In this document: one piece after another, positions 12,700 to 24,600 of the stretch
How positions within the stretch are numbered: position 1 is the stretch's first letter
Layout: every line of letters begins with the position of its first letter
From: Octopus vulgaris
Taxonomy: Eukaryota
Reading direction: 5' to 3'
NCBI GenBank assembly: GCA_951406725.2
Contig: OX597814.1
Location: 110,050,001 to 110,114,000, forward strand
DNA length: 64,000 nt
Notes under the pieces: model-generated
Database searches by the model: none
Seen by the model: only the letters and a program-made list of their open reading frames with translations
Told to the model about the DNA's origin: nothing
Made by a program: the position numbers and the translations under genes

Positions 12700-13660
12700 A
12701 GACAAGTTAAGCTGTATTAAGCATTTTAGCAGAGATACTGAGCTATAATTAGAGTTAGTAGAGGTTTGCGGTAAAGTAAGGGAGATAATTCTCACATTAA
12801 AGAGTTCTACTACTTTTCTTCACAGAGAAAATCTTGTTTCAGAAAATAGATAATCATTGGAATTCGATATCACTACAAATGACATTGCTCAGATTGCGAA
12901 CTTTATGAAGTCAAAATCTCTCAATAATAGATTCTTCAGTAATTTTTGTTCTTTAATCAGATTTGAAATCGAACATTTACAATATTATTACATGATCAGA
13001 TAACAATTTGATCTTCAGGAAAGTTCTGTTGTGAACTATGTCACAATGAAGTGAAGTAGACATTTTTTTTTTACCATATGAAAAAACAACAAAAATAATC
13101 ATTCTTCAGCACCAATATTTTCAGATTCTAAGTGGGTGCTTCAATTAGCTTTTCTTTCCAATATTTTTTTCCAACTTGGATGACTTAGTTATCTTTCTTC
13201 AATACTCCGATCATACAATTATTGGTTTAATGGACAAAATAAAAGAATTTCAAGAAAAACTATTTTGTAGAATAGGAAAATTGAGCAAAAGAATAAAAAA
13301 AAAAGTTCCATTTTTTTCCCCCCAGAATTCACTCTACTAAGAGAAAATTACAATAATAAATTTAATGGCGTACAAAATATTATCTTGGAACCATGTAAGA
13401 AAATTGATAACGGAATTCAATTATTACATTCCAACAGGGGAGACTGAGGAATACAACTGGATGAGAATTGCATTAAGTGTCAACGATAATGATTTGCTCG
13501 AAGATTTCGTGAAACATTAATAAATTTTGAGAATTGTTTAGTGAAATTTTAAAATGATCAGATACTTGTAATTTCAATAAAAAGTCAAATCTATTAATGC
13601 ATTCTGGAAAGAAAAGAAAAACAATTGTTCAAAATGAAGCATTGCTACTAAACATATAAG
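12700..13660 (+). pseudogene. Highly decayed hAT (Buster/Charlie-like) transposase
   Basis: Collinear peptide remnants FLHRENL, NFMKSKSLNNRFFSNFC, EHLQ-LLH, GKVL, FSDSKWVLQLAFLSNIF, MDKIKEFQEKL and FNYYIP...NWMR resemble the Buster-type catalytic and insertion domains; many stops and frameshifts; absent from the ORF track. Confidence 0.7.
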
Positions 13661-13670
13661 TATAAAATAT

Positions 13671-14475
13671 TATTCAATAAGCACAATATATGTTTTCATC
13701 TGCTACTTTTAGTTTCATGTGCTGAAAGCATGCCAGACAGTATTTTTTAACATGTCTGGTGTCCTAGCACAACCATCAAGCACTGCCCACATAGCATAAT
13801 GAACCAAAAATGGGTTGATAGGATGTGAGAAAAAGTGAGAAAAGGTGAGAAAGAAGCAGATATATAACACACTGCTGAATTCTAGATCCAAAATTTTCAG
13901 TGGTTGTAAGCATATGGTTAAGGTCCTGTTGATGAATTGGAAAATGCCACCCTCTCTGAATTGGACAACTATACCACAAACTCTAAGCCACTATCCTTTC
14001 AGCCTTATATTTTATGGTTTAAGGGGAAATAAGTTAAACCCCACCCCCCATTTGCTTCTTTCTGTTTTCTTTTTCTTTTATATCTACTTCTTTCTCACCC
14101 TTTTTCACTTTTTCTGTCATCCTATCATCCCATTTTTAGTTCATTATGCCATGTGGGCAGTGCCTGATGATTGTGATAGGACACCAGACATGGTAAAAAA
14201 TACTGTCTGACATGCACTCAGCACATGAAACTAATAATAGCACATAAAACTGTATATTGTGTTTATTAAATAATATTATATATTTAATAAACATAATATG
14301 TATTTATGTGCTACTATTAGTTTCATGTGCTGAGAACAAGCCAAACACTGCTTTAAAACATTTTTGGTGTTCCAGTACAATCATCAGGCACTGCTCACAT
14401 AGCATAACGAATTTGTTCACAGTACATGAAACTAATAGCAGTACATAAAAATATATGCTGTGTTTATTAAATAAT
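13671..14475. mobile_element. Alternating forward/reverse repeat array (F-R-F-R), Penelope-like pLTR remnant
   Basis: 13671-13865 is inverted relative to 14078-14272. 14281-14410 is a third (direct) copy and 14420-14475 a fourth (inverted, partial) copy. The unit carries a decayed CTGATGA hammerhead motif at 14156-14207. Confidence 0.7.
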
Positions 14476-14561
14476 ATTTATTTCTCACCAGATGAAGTAC
14501 TTTTTTTGTTGACCTTACCATCATGGAGCAGTATACTATATATATATATAAATATATGGAT

Positions 14562-14815
14562 GTGGAGGCACGTGGCTTAGTCGTTAGGGTGTTAGCATCA
14601 TGATCATATGATTGTGGTTTCAATTCCTGGACCGAGTGACGCATTGTGTTCTTGAGCAAAACGCTTCATTTTCACATTGCTCCAGTCCACTCAGCTGGCA
14701 AAAATGTGTAAAGCTGTGATGGACTGGTGTCACACCCAGCTGGGGAACATATACGCCATAGAAACTGAGAAACCAGGCTCATGAGCCTGGCTCGGCTTTA
14801 AAAGGGCGCATTTAT
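14562..14815 (+). mobile_element. tRNA-headed SINE
   Basis: A-box TGGCTTAGTCG, B-box GGTTTCAATTCC, body GTGTTCTTGAGCAAAACGCTTCAT, (ATTT)n tail; a related copy lies at 21060-21330. Confidence 0.7.
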
Positions 14816-15447
14816 TTATTTTTTTATTATATATATGAGAGTAAAAGAATTTATAAACACACACATACATACATAAAATATACATACATGCATATATGTA
14901 TCATTATCAACATCATCATTTGATGTCTATTTTCCAAGTTGGACCAATGGCATATATATATGTGCATTCTGTAAAGTAGTTGGCATTAGGGAGGGCATCC
15001 AGTTGTAGAAACCATGCCAAAAACGAACAGCTGGATCCTGGTGCAGCCCTCCAGCTTGCCAGATTCTGTCAAACTGTCCAACCCATGTCACTATCGAAAA
15101 CGCATTAAATTATGATGATGATGCTATATGTGTATATATGTGTGTGTGTATGTATTTGTGTGTATGTGTGTGTGTGTAGTAAAGACTGAAGGATTATGTT
15201 CGTTCGATACTTTGAACATAATTTCTCCTTGTTTATTTCTAATAATAATAAACTCCTGGATTAATACACTAAAATACTAATTGGTAATAAACTTCAGATT
15301 TACAGTTTGCACCTGGCACATGGGATTTAACAATCTGTCTGGATTATTATAATCTTGATTGGACATCCTGTTAACCTGGTTTTGTTTACACAGAGTACAT
15401 TCAGAGGCATTTGCCTGGATTTACTTAATCCCTCTTTTCTTACTTAT

Positions 15448-15478
<31 letters not shown>

Positions 15479-15489
15479 CAAATATATCA

Positions 15490-16030
15490 AAATCAAATTC
15501 GATGACTGGCATTTGTGCTAGCGGGGTGCAAAGAGCACCATACGAGTGTGATCGTTGACAGAGTGGCTAACTGGCTTCCATGCCAGTGGCACATAAAAGG
15601 CACCATTTGAGTATGATCGTTACCAGCATCATCTTACTGGCAGTTGTGCCCGTGCTAGTAGGGTGCCAAAGAGCGCCATCTGAGCGTGATCATTGCCAGA
15701 GTGGTTAACTGGCTTCCGTGCCGGTGGCATGTAAAAGGCACCATTTGAGCATGATCGTTACCAGCGTCGCCTTATTGGCACCTGTACCAGTGGCATGTCT
15801 AAAAAGATTCAAGTGAGGTCGTTGCCAGTACCGCCTGACTGGCTCCCGTGCCAGTGGCACATAAAAGCATCCACTACACTCTCAGAATGGTTGGCATTAG
15901 GAAGGGCATCCAGCTGGAGAAACTCTGCCAGATCAAGATTGGAGCCTGGTGCAGCCATCTGGTTCACCAGCCCTCAGTCAAATCATCCAACCCATGCTAG
16001 CATGGAAAGCGGACGTTAAACGATGATGAT
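15490..16030 (+). mobile_element. RTE-LINE 3' UTR-type repeat
   Basis: Closely similar to 290-738, including tandem subunits and the GAT tail. Confidence 0.75.
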
Positions 16031-16133
16031 ATATGTATATATACATATAGTGAGAATTTACAAAAAAAAACACAAAGGCAGGTGTGTAAACAACAAACAG
16101 ATGTATTAGTTCAACGGTCAGGAAGTGAGAAAG

Positions 16134-16171
16134 TCTTTTACATTTCGAGCCTATGCTCTTCGACAGAAAGA
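16134..16171 (-). ncRNA. Variant minimal hammerhead-like motif in a TA-flanked repeat (~16050-16200)
   Basis: tcttt-CTGTCGA-a-gagc(atag)gctc-GAAA-tg-T-A-aaaga. Stems I and II pair; core position A6 is U. Confidence 0.5.
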
Positions 16172-16209
16172 AACACAGAAATAAATAGTGAGAGAAAAAA
16201 TATATATAT

Positions 16210-17258
16210 ATGAGGAACAGTTTTTCTCTTAATATATGACTGCATTCAAGTTTTTTTTTTATTATTTTAGATTTTTTGCATTTTCTTATTAGTTTTCTTA
16301 CAATTGGTTTGGAACATTAAAGTTGCTAATTTCATATTTGACATTTCCAGATCTTCACATTCGCATTTTCAAGAAATGAATACATTTTGCATCTGTATTG
16401 TTTCTTATATTCTGATTGAATTCATTTAGACTTCCCTGGCAAAGGATTTTTTTGACCATTAGCTCCATATATCAGCAGTCATGTGTTGATTTGTTTGTTG
16501 TGGTCAAAATTTTTATCATTATATTTTTATGTTAGTAACCACAAGTTAAATTTTTTAAGCATATATTTTTGGTTTCTTGATTTTTGCATTGTGATATGGA
16601 TAAGGTTCCCCTAATTAGTCTTCTGTTCTTGTGAAGAATTTCATAAGATAAATTCAACCAAAACGACACAGGCATAAAATATATTCAATTCTTGAAAATG
16701 AGACTATGATTATCTAGAAACATTGAATATAGGCGTAGGAGTGGCTGTGTGGTAAGTAGCTTGCTTACCAACCACATGGTTCCAGGTTCAGTCCCACTGC
16801 GTGGCACCTTGGGCAAGTGTCTTCTACTATAGCCTCAGCCTGACCAAAGCCTTGTGAGTGGATTTGGTAGATGAAAACTGAAAGAAGCCCGTTGTATATA
16901 TGTATATATATATGTGTGTGTGTCAGTGTTTTTCCACCCCACCCCACCCCAACATTGCTTGACAACCGCTGCTGGTGTGTCTATGTCCCCGTAACTTAGC
17001 AGTTTGGCAAAAGAGACCGATAGAATAAGTACTAAGCTGACAAAGAATAAGTCCTGGGGTCGATTTGCTCAACTAAAGGTGGTGCTCCAGCATGACCACA
17101 GTCACATTACTGAAACAAGTAAAAGAGTAAAGAGAGTATTAATTTAGGAACTTTATTGCTTCAAACCAACTGTAAAAATCTAATAAGAAAAAATGAAAAA
17201 TCTAAAATAAAAAGGATAACTCAAATACAGTCATGTATTTAATGGAACAGAAAACATG
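16210..17258. repeat. Diverged ~120-bp inverted repeat pair (16210-16330 / 17140-17258)
   Basis: TGACTGCATTCAAG...TTTTAGATTTTT...TTGGTTTGG pairs with TCAAACCAA...AAAAATCTAAAA...CTCAAATACAGTCA; a SINE is inserted between the arms. Confidence 0.6.
16732..17138 (+). mobile_element. Full-length tRNA/CORE-like SINE
   Basis: GGCGTAGGAGTGGCTGTGTGGTAAG head, GGTTCAGTCCC B-box, CACCTTGGGCAAGTGTCTT core, internal TA/TG tract, AGTAAAAGAG tail. Other copies: 2325-2555(-), 3545-3810(+), 39665-40000(+), 48385-48720(+), 57085-57436(-), 60480-60828(-), 61490-61680(+). Confidence 0.8.
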
Positions 17259-17322
17259 TAGATATAATGTAGTAAGGTTGATAAAAAGAATTCAGTGAAC
17301 TGCCGTGAGGTGTGTAAGTGTA

Positions 17323-17361
17323 AAATCCAACATTTCAGACAGTGTCCTTCTTCGGGAAAAT
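17323..17361 (-). ncRNA. Degenerate minimal hammerhead-like motif
   Basis: ttc-CCGAAGA-a-ggac(act)gtct-GAAA-tg-T-T-gga; U4 is C and stem I is weak. Confidence 0.4.
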
Positions 17362-17471
17362 GTTGAAAGGAAAGAAATAACTGAGAAATGGCAGGTTTTT
17401 ATTGATTTTACTATACCATAAAAGTCTTCCCAATGCAGACCAACGCCAGCCTCTTTGGAGTCTGTTTCATC

Positions 17472-17502
<31 letters not shown>

Positions 17503-17512
<10 letters not shown>

Positions 17513-17699
17513 ATTTAGAGATAGAAGTCCCCATGCAATTCATCAAATCCTAATATACATCACACCATATAATAGAAGAATTTTATTTTAATACTTACTA
17601 AATTTAGAATTTAGAAATGATTAGTAAGTATTAAAACAAAATTCTATTATTAGGATTTGATGAATTGCATGGGGACTTCTATCTCTAAATAACATATAT
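17503..17699. repeat. Long hairpin next to (TA)n
   Basis: ATATATGTTATTTAGAGATAGAAGTCCCCATGCAATTCATCAAATCCTAATA is exactly inverted at ~17648-17699; an inner ~25-bp stem continues after a bulge. Confidence 0.9.
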
Positions 17700-18055
17700 T
17701 TCCTCATTGAGAATAATTAATTTTATTTGAATCCCTGTAACGCTGGAATTTTTATTCCCTAAAAAATAAAATAATATATATATATATCTGCGTGAATTGG
17801 GCTGACTTTCACAAATACACAAATTGAACTAAGAAACCAGTTGCAGTTGAAATATTAAAAAACTAGAAGAACTTGAAAAATTTTGTAAAGCTTTTCAAAA
17901 ATCAAGGTCCTCTTAAAATAGCATAAATGTTTATATAGTTTGATGTATGGTGAGTCAAGAGTTCTGGAACGTTACTCTAAAATTGGTGGGTAGGGTGGGG
18001 AATGAGGGGCAAGTACAGAGCATTCGTAGAGACTGATACTTAGAAAGTTATGTAC

Positions 18056-18243
18056 CTGGCTGCTTTATAATGAATATTACTAAATCTTGGCATAGTTCAA
18101 CAGACATTTCCAGATGCAATGCTTGAACACATCATAAGCATTGTAATCTGGAGTCATTGATGTTTCAGGTCTTGTAACATAAACCTCCTCCAACTGGTCT
18201 GACTTAAGCTGATCAAACCTATCCCTGTGCCCAAGAGGTACAT
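18056..18243 (-). other. Candidate exon (188 nt)
   Basis: A ~50-nt U-rich tract ending aag| precedes it and CAG|gtacat ends it. One frame is open for VPLGHRDRFDQLKSDQLEEVYVTRPETSMTPDY...AKI before TAG. Confidence 0.3.
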
Positions 18244-18731
18244 CTTTGTAATGAAATAACAAAAATATAGAAATAAAATGAAATAAAATAAAAAATGTCA
18301 TTTCATGTACACTGCATTAAAATAAGCCATGAGCACATGGTTTGTTCTGATTTTCAGTATCCTGATTGCCAATTAGAATAAATCATGGGCTCAGAGCCTG
18401 GAGATTGCTTGAAGACATGAGGCACATTATAAAAACCTACCTAACCCTGTACCTTTTTGGCAAAAAAACTATCAGTAGCTCTTATTTTAATGTAGTGAAT
18501 ATTAAATGCTATTTATCTCTCACTAGACGGAATACATTTTTTGTCCGTCTTACCTTAACACGACAGTAAACTAAAATAAAATTTTAAAAAATTATATACT
18601 AAATCTCTTCTTCCTTGGTCTTCGATTTAAAATTCAAATTCCTAATTTTGCCAATATTCATCTAAAAATGATTATCTCCCTTACAATAACTGACCACCAG
18701 GGCACACCACATGTTCCAAATCTTTATATAA

Positions 18732-19114
18732 TCTACATATATAAAGCTGAAGTTGTCTGTGTATGGCAGGTTTGGTAGCCTTCAACTAAAACTATCTCCT
18801 CCGAGACCCTGCAGCGCGAGTTGACCAAAATTGAGAGTATGATAGAAGAAGGCTTGCTCTTCATTCCGTAGTAGATAAAATCCAAATCAGACCATGTTAA
18901 CACCAAAAATTATTTACATCAAAAAGGTGTAAAAAAAATCCCTATTTTTTTACGATTTTTTTATTACCGTGTCGTCATTTTTCGGTGTATTTCAACCAGA
19001 AAAATGTTCACTTAAAGAAAATAAGAAGCTACATAATGCAAAATTTTTACTTTTCAAAAATTCCAATTCTAAAGGGTTGAAACACACCTGAGCAACGCCA
19101 GGTGATACTGCTAG
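18732..19114 (+). mobile_element. Non-autonomous Helitron
   Basis: A|TCTACATATATAAAG 5' end; subterminal hairpin CACCTG-AGCAACGC-CAGGTG (19085-19104); CTAG|T 3' end; no TSD. Confidence 0.8.
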
Positions 19115-19996
19115 TATTCTATAATTCTGTAACTTTCTTCTTACAATAATCAACATAATTCCATTGAAGTAAGTCAAGTTTTTATTTTTTGTTAAATAAA
19201 TTTAGTAAATCACTTTATTTGTATAAAATTAATTGCTTACTCACAGTTACACATGCAGTTTTCAAGCAATAAAATTTATTTTCAATATTTGGTAGATTTA
19301 TGGATAAAAACAGCCAAAATTATCTACCATTTTCCAATTTTATAAATACTAAATCAACTTTTCTTCCTTAATTAAATATTAAATTAGTTTTCACTATATT
19401 TACTTTTAAATTAAATATTCAAAATAAATGATTCTACAGTGAATAAGATACAGTATGGCTGAATGGTTAAGTACTTCACTTTGCAATCCCAAAGTCCCAG
19501 GTTCAATCACATTGCAAAGCATCAAGGAAAAGTATTTTTTACCATAGCATCAGGTTACAAGTGAAATCAAGTAAATGGAAACTGTATGGAAGCCTTCTGG
19601 ATTGATGGTACCTGTAATTCAAAGATTCAGACTTGTTATGCTGATTGCAATTGAGAATTACATTAAGGGTACACATAACTGTGGAATACTCAGCCACTTA
19701 CACATTAAATTCTATGAGCTGAATAGTTTGGTTGATTGAACAACTGAATATTCACCACTGAAACTGATATAAACCCTTTCCATTTAGGGGAAAATGACAA
19801 ATGCAACTTATTAAGGATTTCATTTCTGTTAAAAGATATTCATTGCAAAGTTTTGGTTCCTATTTTAAAATCCAAACATAATTTGGGTCACTATTTAAAA
19901 ACAAGTAATTGAAACCAACTGGAAAAGGAAACATAGTTATGGTTCTTCACTTGTCAGTGGTGGTGGTGGTGGTGGTGGTGGTGGTTAGCTCATAGC

Positions 19997-20383
19997 TGTT
20001 GTTCTCGTTGTGGCACTCAGTCGGTTATGACGACAAGGGTTCCAGTTGATCCAATCAACGGAACAGCCTGCTCATGAAATTAACGTGTAAGTGGCTGAGC
20101 ACTCCACAGACACGTGTGCCCTTAACATAGTTCTTAGAGAGATTCAGCATAATACAAAGTGTGACAAGGCTGGACTCTTTGAAATACAGATACAACAGAA
20201 ATAAGAAGAAAGGGTGAGAGAAAGTTGTGGTGAAAGAGGACAGCAGGGTTCACCACCACCCCCTGCCAAAACCTCACGGAGCTTTAGGTGTTTTCACTCA
20301 ATAAACACCCGGTCTGGGGATCGAAACCACAATCCCACGACTGCGAGTTCGCTGCTCTAACCACTGGGCCATTGCGCCTCCAC
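19997..20383 (-). mobile_element. tRNA-headed SINE with 11-bp TSD
   Basis: Head GGAGGCGCAATGGCCCAGTGGTTAGAGCAG...GGTTTCGATCCC; TSD TAGCTCATAGC at 19986-19996 and 20384-20394. Related bodies occur at 19450-19770(+) and 53285-53590(-). Confidence 0.85.
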
Positions 20384-20419
20384 TAGCTCATAGCACTACA
20401 TCAATGATTCTCTATATTT

Positions 20420-20518
20420 ATTTCTTTATTGCCCACAAGGGGCTAAACATAGAGGGGACAAACAAGGACAGACAAATGGATTAAGTCAATTACATCGACC
20501 CTAGTGTGTAACTGGTAC
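20420..20518 (-). mobile_element. 5'-truncated Meta-like SINE with 15-bp TSD
   Basis: TGATTCTCTATATTT at 20405-20419 and 20519-20533. Confidence 0.85.
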
Positions 20519-21651
20519 TGATTCTCTATATTTTGTAATTCAGGGATCCCTTTCAACAAACAGTATTTTACAGACACCCTTTCCCTGCATTTGGCAAGAG
20601 AAACAGAAGCTAATTCTATACAAATGTTTATAAACCATATTCCATAATTTTATTTAATTGAGGCAGAAATATGAGCACACTAGACAAAATGTTTTGCAGT
20701 TCTTCCAGCTTTATGTTTTGAGTTCAAATGCGCCAAGGTTGACTATACTTTTTAAAAGTATTCTATAATTCTCCAACTTTCTTCTTGCAATAATCAACAT
20801 AATTCTATTGAAGTAAGTCAAGTTTTTATTTTTTGTTAAAAAAGGACCAGTTGAGCACTGGGGTCAATGTAATGGACTTACCCTCTCCTTTGAAAACTAG
20901 CTGACTTTGTGCTAAAATTTGAAACCATCACAGCATATAATCCAGAATGTGCCCCCTTTCGGATACTTGTGGGGATTAGCTAAATTTATACTAAATTTTT
21001 ATGCAGATTACAAAAGAAGGTGAAATCATATGTAAGGAAATTACATTGGATCTTGGTATGAAGGCCTAGTGATTGGGTGTGCTGCACTCACAATCATATC
21101 ATGGTTTCAATTCCCAGACTGGCTGTTCGGTGTGTTCTTGAGCAAAACACTTCATTTCATGTTGCTCCAGTTCACTCAGTTGTAAATGGCCCACCCTGTG
21201 ACAGAATGGTCTTCTGATCAGGGGAAATGTTGACCTGCTTGCCTGGCCAACAGGGTGGAATCATTCAAAAACTAAAACAATGCAAAGTGCATTGTGACCA
21301 TTGATGTATAACATCTGATAGTCCCAGCATTTTCCCAGCATGCCTTCATGCTTGCATGAAATTGGTCCCAGTGACGGAGTTGATTATGCTCAAATCTTTG
21401 AACCAAGGAGAAGCAGGATTGGCACCAGGTCCTACATTCTGATGCTATGTTTTTCCAGGAAGAAAAGGGAATGTTGCACATTTCAGATTGTCTTTGAAGT
21501 GCAAGAGTGGCCTTCCTGTATGTATATATATATGACCATGGGGAAATATTACCTTGCTTGGAAACAGATGAGGGTTGGAGACTGTAAGAGCACCCAACCA
21601 TAGAAATATTTGCCTGAACAAATTCTGGCTGACTTGTGCAAGCATAGAAAA

Positions 21652-22105
21652 TCATCATCATCATCATTTAACGTCCATTTTCCGTGCTCGCACAGGTTGG
21701 ACGGTTCGACTGGGGTCTGGGAAGCCAGGAGGCTGCACCAAGCTCCAGTCTGATCTGGCAGAGTTTCTGCAGCTGGATGCCCTTCCTAAAGCCAACCACT
21801 CTGTGAGTGTAGTGGGTGCTTTTTACGTGCCACCGGCACAGAAGCCGCTCAAGGCAGTGCTGGTATCGGCCACATTCAGACAGTGCTTTTTACTTGCCAC
21901 CAGCACAGGTATCACAACTACAATTTCCATTTGATTTTCATTTTGATGTTGATGTACTTGACTTAATAGGTCTCCTCAAGCACAGTAGGTCATGTTCCAC
22001 TGGCAGAGAAGCCAGTCAAGGCGGCGCTGGCATCAGCCACGTTCGGATGGTGCTTTTTACGTGCCACCAGCACAGATATTGTAACTACAATTTCCATTTG
22101 ATAAC
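21652..22105 (-). mobile_element. RTE-LINE 3' UTR-type repeat
   Basis: Same body as 4048-4620, with a (CAT)n end. Confidence 0.75.
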
Positions 22106-22363
22106 GATGATGATGATGATGATTTATTTTGATATTGATGTCAAATGGAAAGTGGATGTTAAATGACGATGATTAAAAGAATTTTGTTTTGAGGCATTTG
22201 AAACACGAAGCAAACACTATAATCAAATGTGTGTTGATCTACAGATTGTATATATGGAAAGACTAGACCCATGACATTTACGGGCCTTCCCATTCTGGTG
22301 AGATTGATGTGGTCAATATTTAACTAATATATGAATAAGTAAATTGATCTGTTATCTTTCATT

Positions 22364-22975
22364 TTTTACTTGTTTCAGTCATTAGATTGCGGCCATGCTG
22401 GAGCATCACCTTGAGGAATTTTAGTTGAACAAATCAACCCTGATCTGTACTTTTTTGTTGAATCTGATACTTATTCTATCAGTCTCTTTGCTGAACTGCT
22501 AAGTTATGGGAGCATAAACACATTAGCATTAGTTGTCAAGTGGTGGACAAGCAAAGACACACACACATGCATGCACACACACACATACATATGATAGGCT
22601 TCTTTCAGTTTCTGTCTGCCAAATCTGCTGACAAGTCTTCGGTTGGCCCAAGGCTATATTAAGGTGGCGAGCTGGCAGAATCATTAGCACGCCGGACGAA
22701 ATGCTTAGCAATATTTCGTCTGCCTTTACATTCTGAGTTCAAATTCCACCGAGCTCGACTTTGCCTTTCATCCTTTCAGGGTCAATAAATTAAGTACCAG
22801 TTACACACTGGGGTTGATGTAATCGACTTAATCCCTTTGTCTGTCATTGTTTGTCCCCTCTATGTTTAGCCCCTTGTGGGCAATAAAGAAATAAAGCTAT
22901 ATTAGGAGACACTTGCCTGAGGTGCCATGCAGTGGGACTGAACCCAGAATCATGTGGTTGGGGAGCAAGCTATCT
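22364..22975 (-). mobile_element. CORE-like SINE interrupted by a Meta-like SINE (+, 22662-22895)
   Basis: The nested copy is flanked by TSD GCTATATTA (22653-22661 and 22896-22904). Confidence 0.8.
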
Positions 22976-23154
22976 GCTGGAAAATTGTAGAAGTTCTGGT
23001 CAGCATGGCTGCAACGAATATAATGCATTCTGCTGATTGTCCATAAGGGTCAGGTTGTGAGTTTATTGAACTGGACAACGAACTACTCCAGAAAATACTT
23101 CTTATTTCCTTTGTCTTCCTTGCTGTCGTTGTTGTTGCTACTGCACTCATTGTT

Positions 23155-23325
23155 GTATCATCATCACCATCGTTATTGATACCATTTCCATCATACCTTG
23201 TTGACGTCATTATCATTATCATAATCACTAATTCTGCCATCACCGCAACCATTGTGATTATCACTCTTCTGGTCAATACCATCACCACCACCATCATCAT
23301 CACCATCATCATCATCATCGCCATG

Positions 23326-23356
<31 letters not shown>

Positions 23357-23690
23357 TCATTACCATCCTCCACTTCCTCCTCCTAATCATCATCATCATC
23401 ATCATCACCATCACCATCATCATCATTGCCATCATCGTCATCATCATCACCATTGCCATCCTCCTCCTCCTCATCATCATCACTGCTACTGCCACTGCCT
23501 CCACTACTGCCCCCACCATCAAAGCTGTTGTCATTGTCATCATCACCATCATCATCATAATCTTCATCCTCATCACCATCACCACCACAACTACCTCTAC
23601 CATAATCATCACCATCATCATAATCACCACCATCAAAGCTGCTGTCATCACTGACATCATCATCACCATCATCATCATCATTAGCAATAT
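23155..23690. repeat. Degenerate (CAT/CAC)n trinucleotide tract
   Basis: Direct reading; explains the poly-Met and poly-Ile ORFs. Confidence 0.9.
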
Positions 23691-23898
23691 AACCTCAGCA
23701 GCCATAGGTCTTTATTGAAGTAGTTCTGTTAAGTATGACTTAGCTGGAACCAAAATTACTAACAACGATGTATTAATAATGTCAGTCCATCACACACACA
23801 CATGACACACATCACTGACCTTCCGCAGAAGAAAACGAAACTAAGTTCCAGATCTTTCTATCATGTTTTATTACTTACTGCAATGGCTGTAGATTGCC

Positions 23899-23912
23899 GT
23901 TGTCATGGGAAC
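23899..23912. promoter_or_regulatory. RFX X-box match
   Basis: GTTGTCATGGGAAC fits RTHNYYWTRRNRAC. It lies in a locally CpG-retaining unique stretch, 20 nt from a - strand CA|GTAAGT donor (23879/23878). Confidence 0.45.
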
Positions 23913-24294
23913 TCATTTGAACTCATTTAAAATAATTAATTGCCCTGTCGGATGATATGAAAGTTGTATAGAAGAAAATCGCTGAGACGTTAACGGAATA
24001 AATCTTTTACCGGTTTATTGTATACAGTTGATATTCACTCTGACCATTTTGCTTATTTCAGCTCCATACAAATTTACAGAATTTGTAAGTCATGTGATTA
24101 ACAAGTTCATTTTAATAATGAACTTATTGTATACAGAGCTTGGGTGTGCTACAATTCATCAGGAAAAGTAACCAAAACTGCATGAATGATGCATAGAATA
24201 ATAATGCACAGGAAGTGAACAGTGAATGAGGCATAAAAAAAAAGGGAAGAAGAAACAGGTGAGGGACAGCAGGTGTACTGTTAGGGGAAGAAAT

Positions 24295-24600
24295 AGGGAT
24301 GAAGGACATCAGGTGTGCAGGGATGAAGGACATCAGGTGTACAGGGATGAAGGATATCAGGTGTATGGGGATGAAGGATATCAGGTGTACAGAGATGGAC
24401 ATCCCTGCATCAAGTGTGCAGGGATGAAGCACATAAGGTGTACAGAGATGGACATCAGGTGTACAGAAATGGACATCAGGTGTGCAGGGATGAATGACAT
24501 CAGGTATGCAGGTATGGAGGACATAAGGTGTACAGAAATGGTCATCAGGTGTGCAGAGATGAAGGACATCAGGTTTACAGGGATGAAGGACATCAGGTGT
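24295..24600. repeat. Minisatellite with 24/21-bp units (AGGGATGAAGGACATCAGGTGTRC)
   Basis: About 13 diverged tandem units. Confidence 0.9.

Noticed and set aside
22950-23718. 251-aa Met-rich and 180-aa Ile/Thr-rich ORFs (likewise 54512-55106)
   Set aside because: Stop-free trinucleotide tracts with no splice or domain support.
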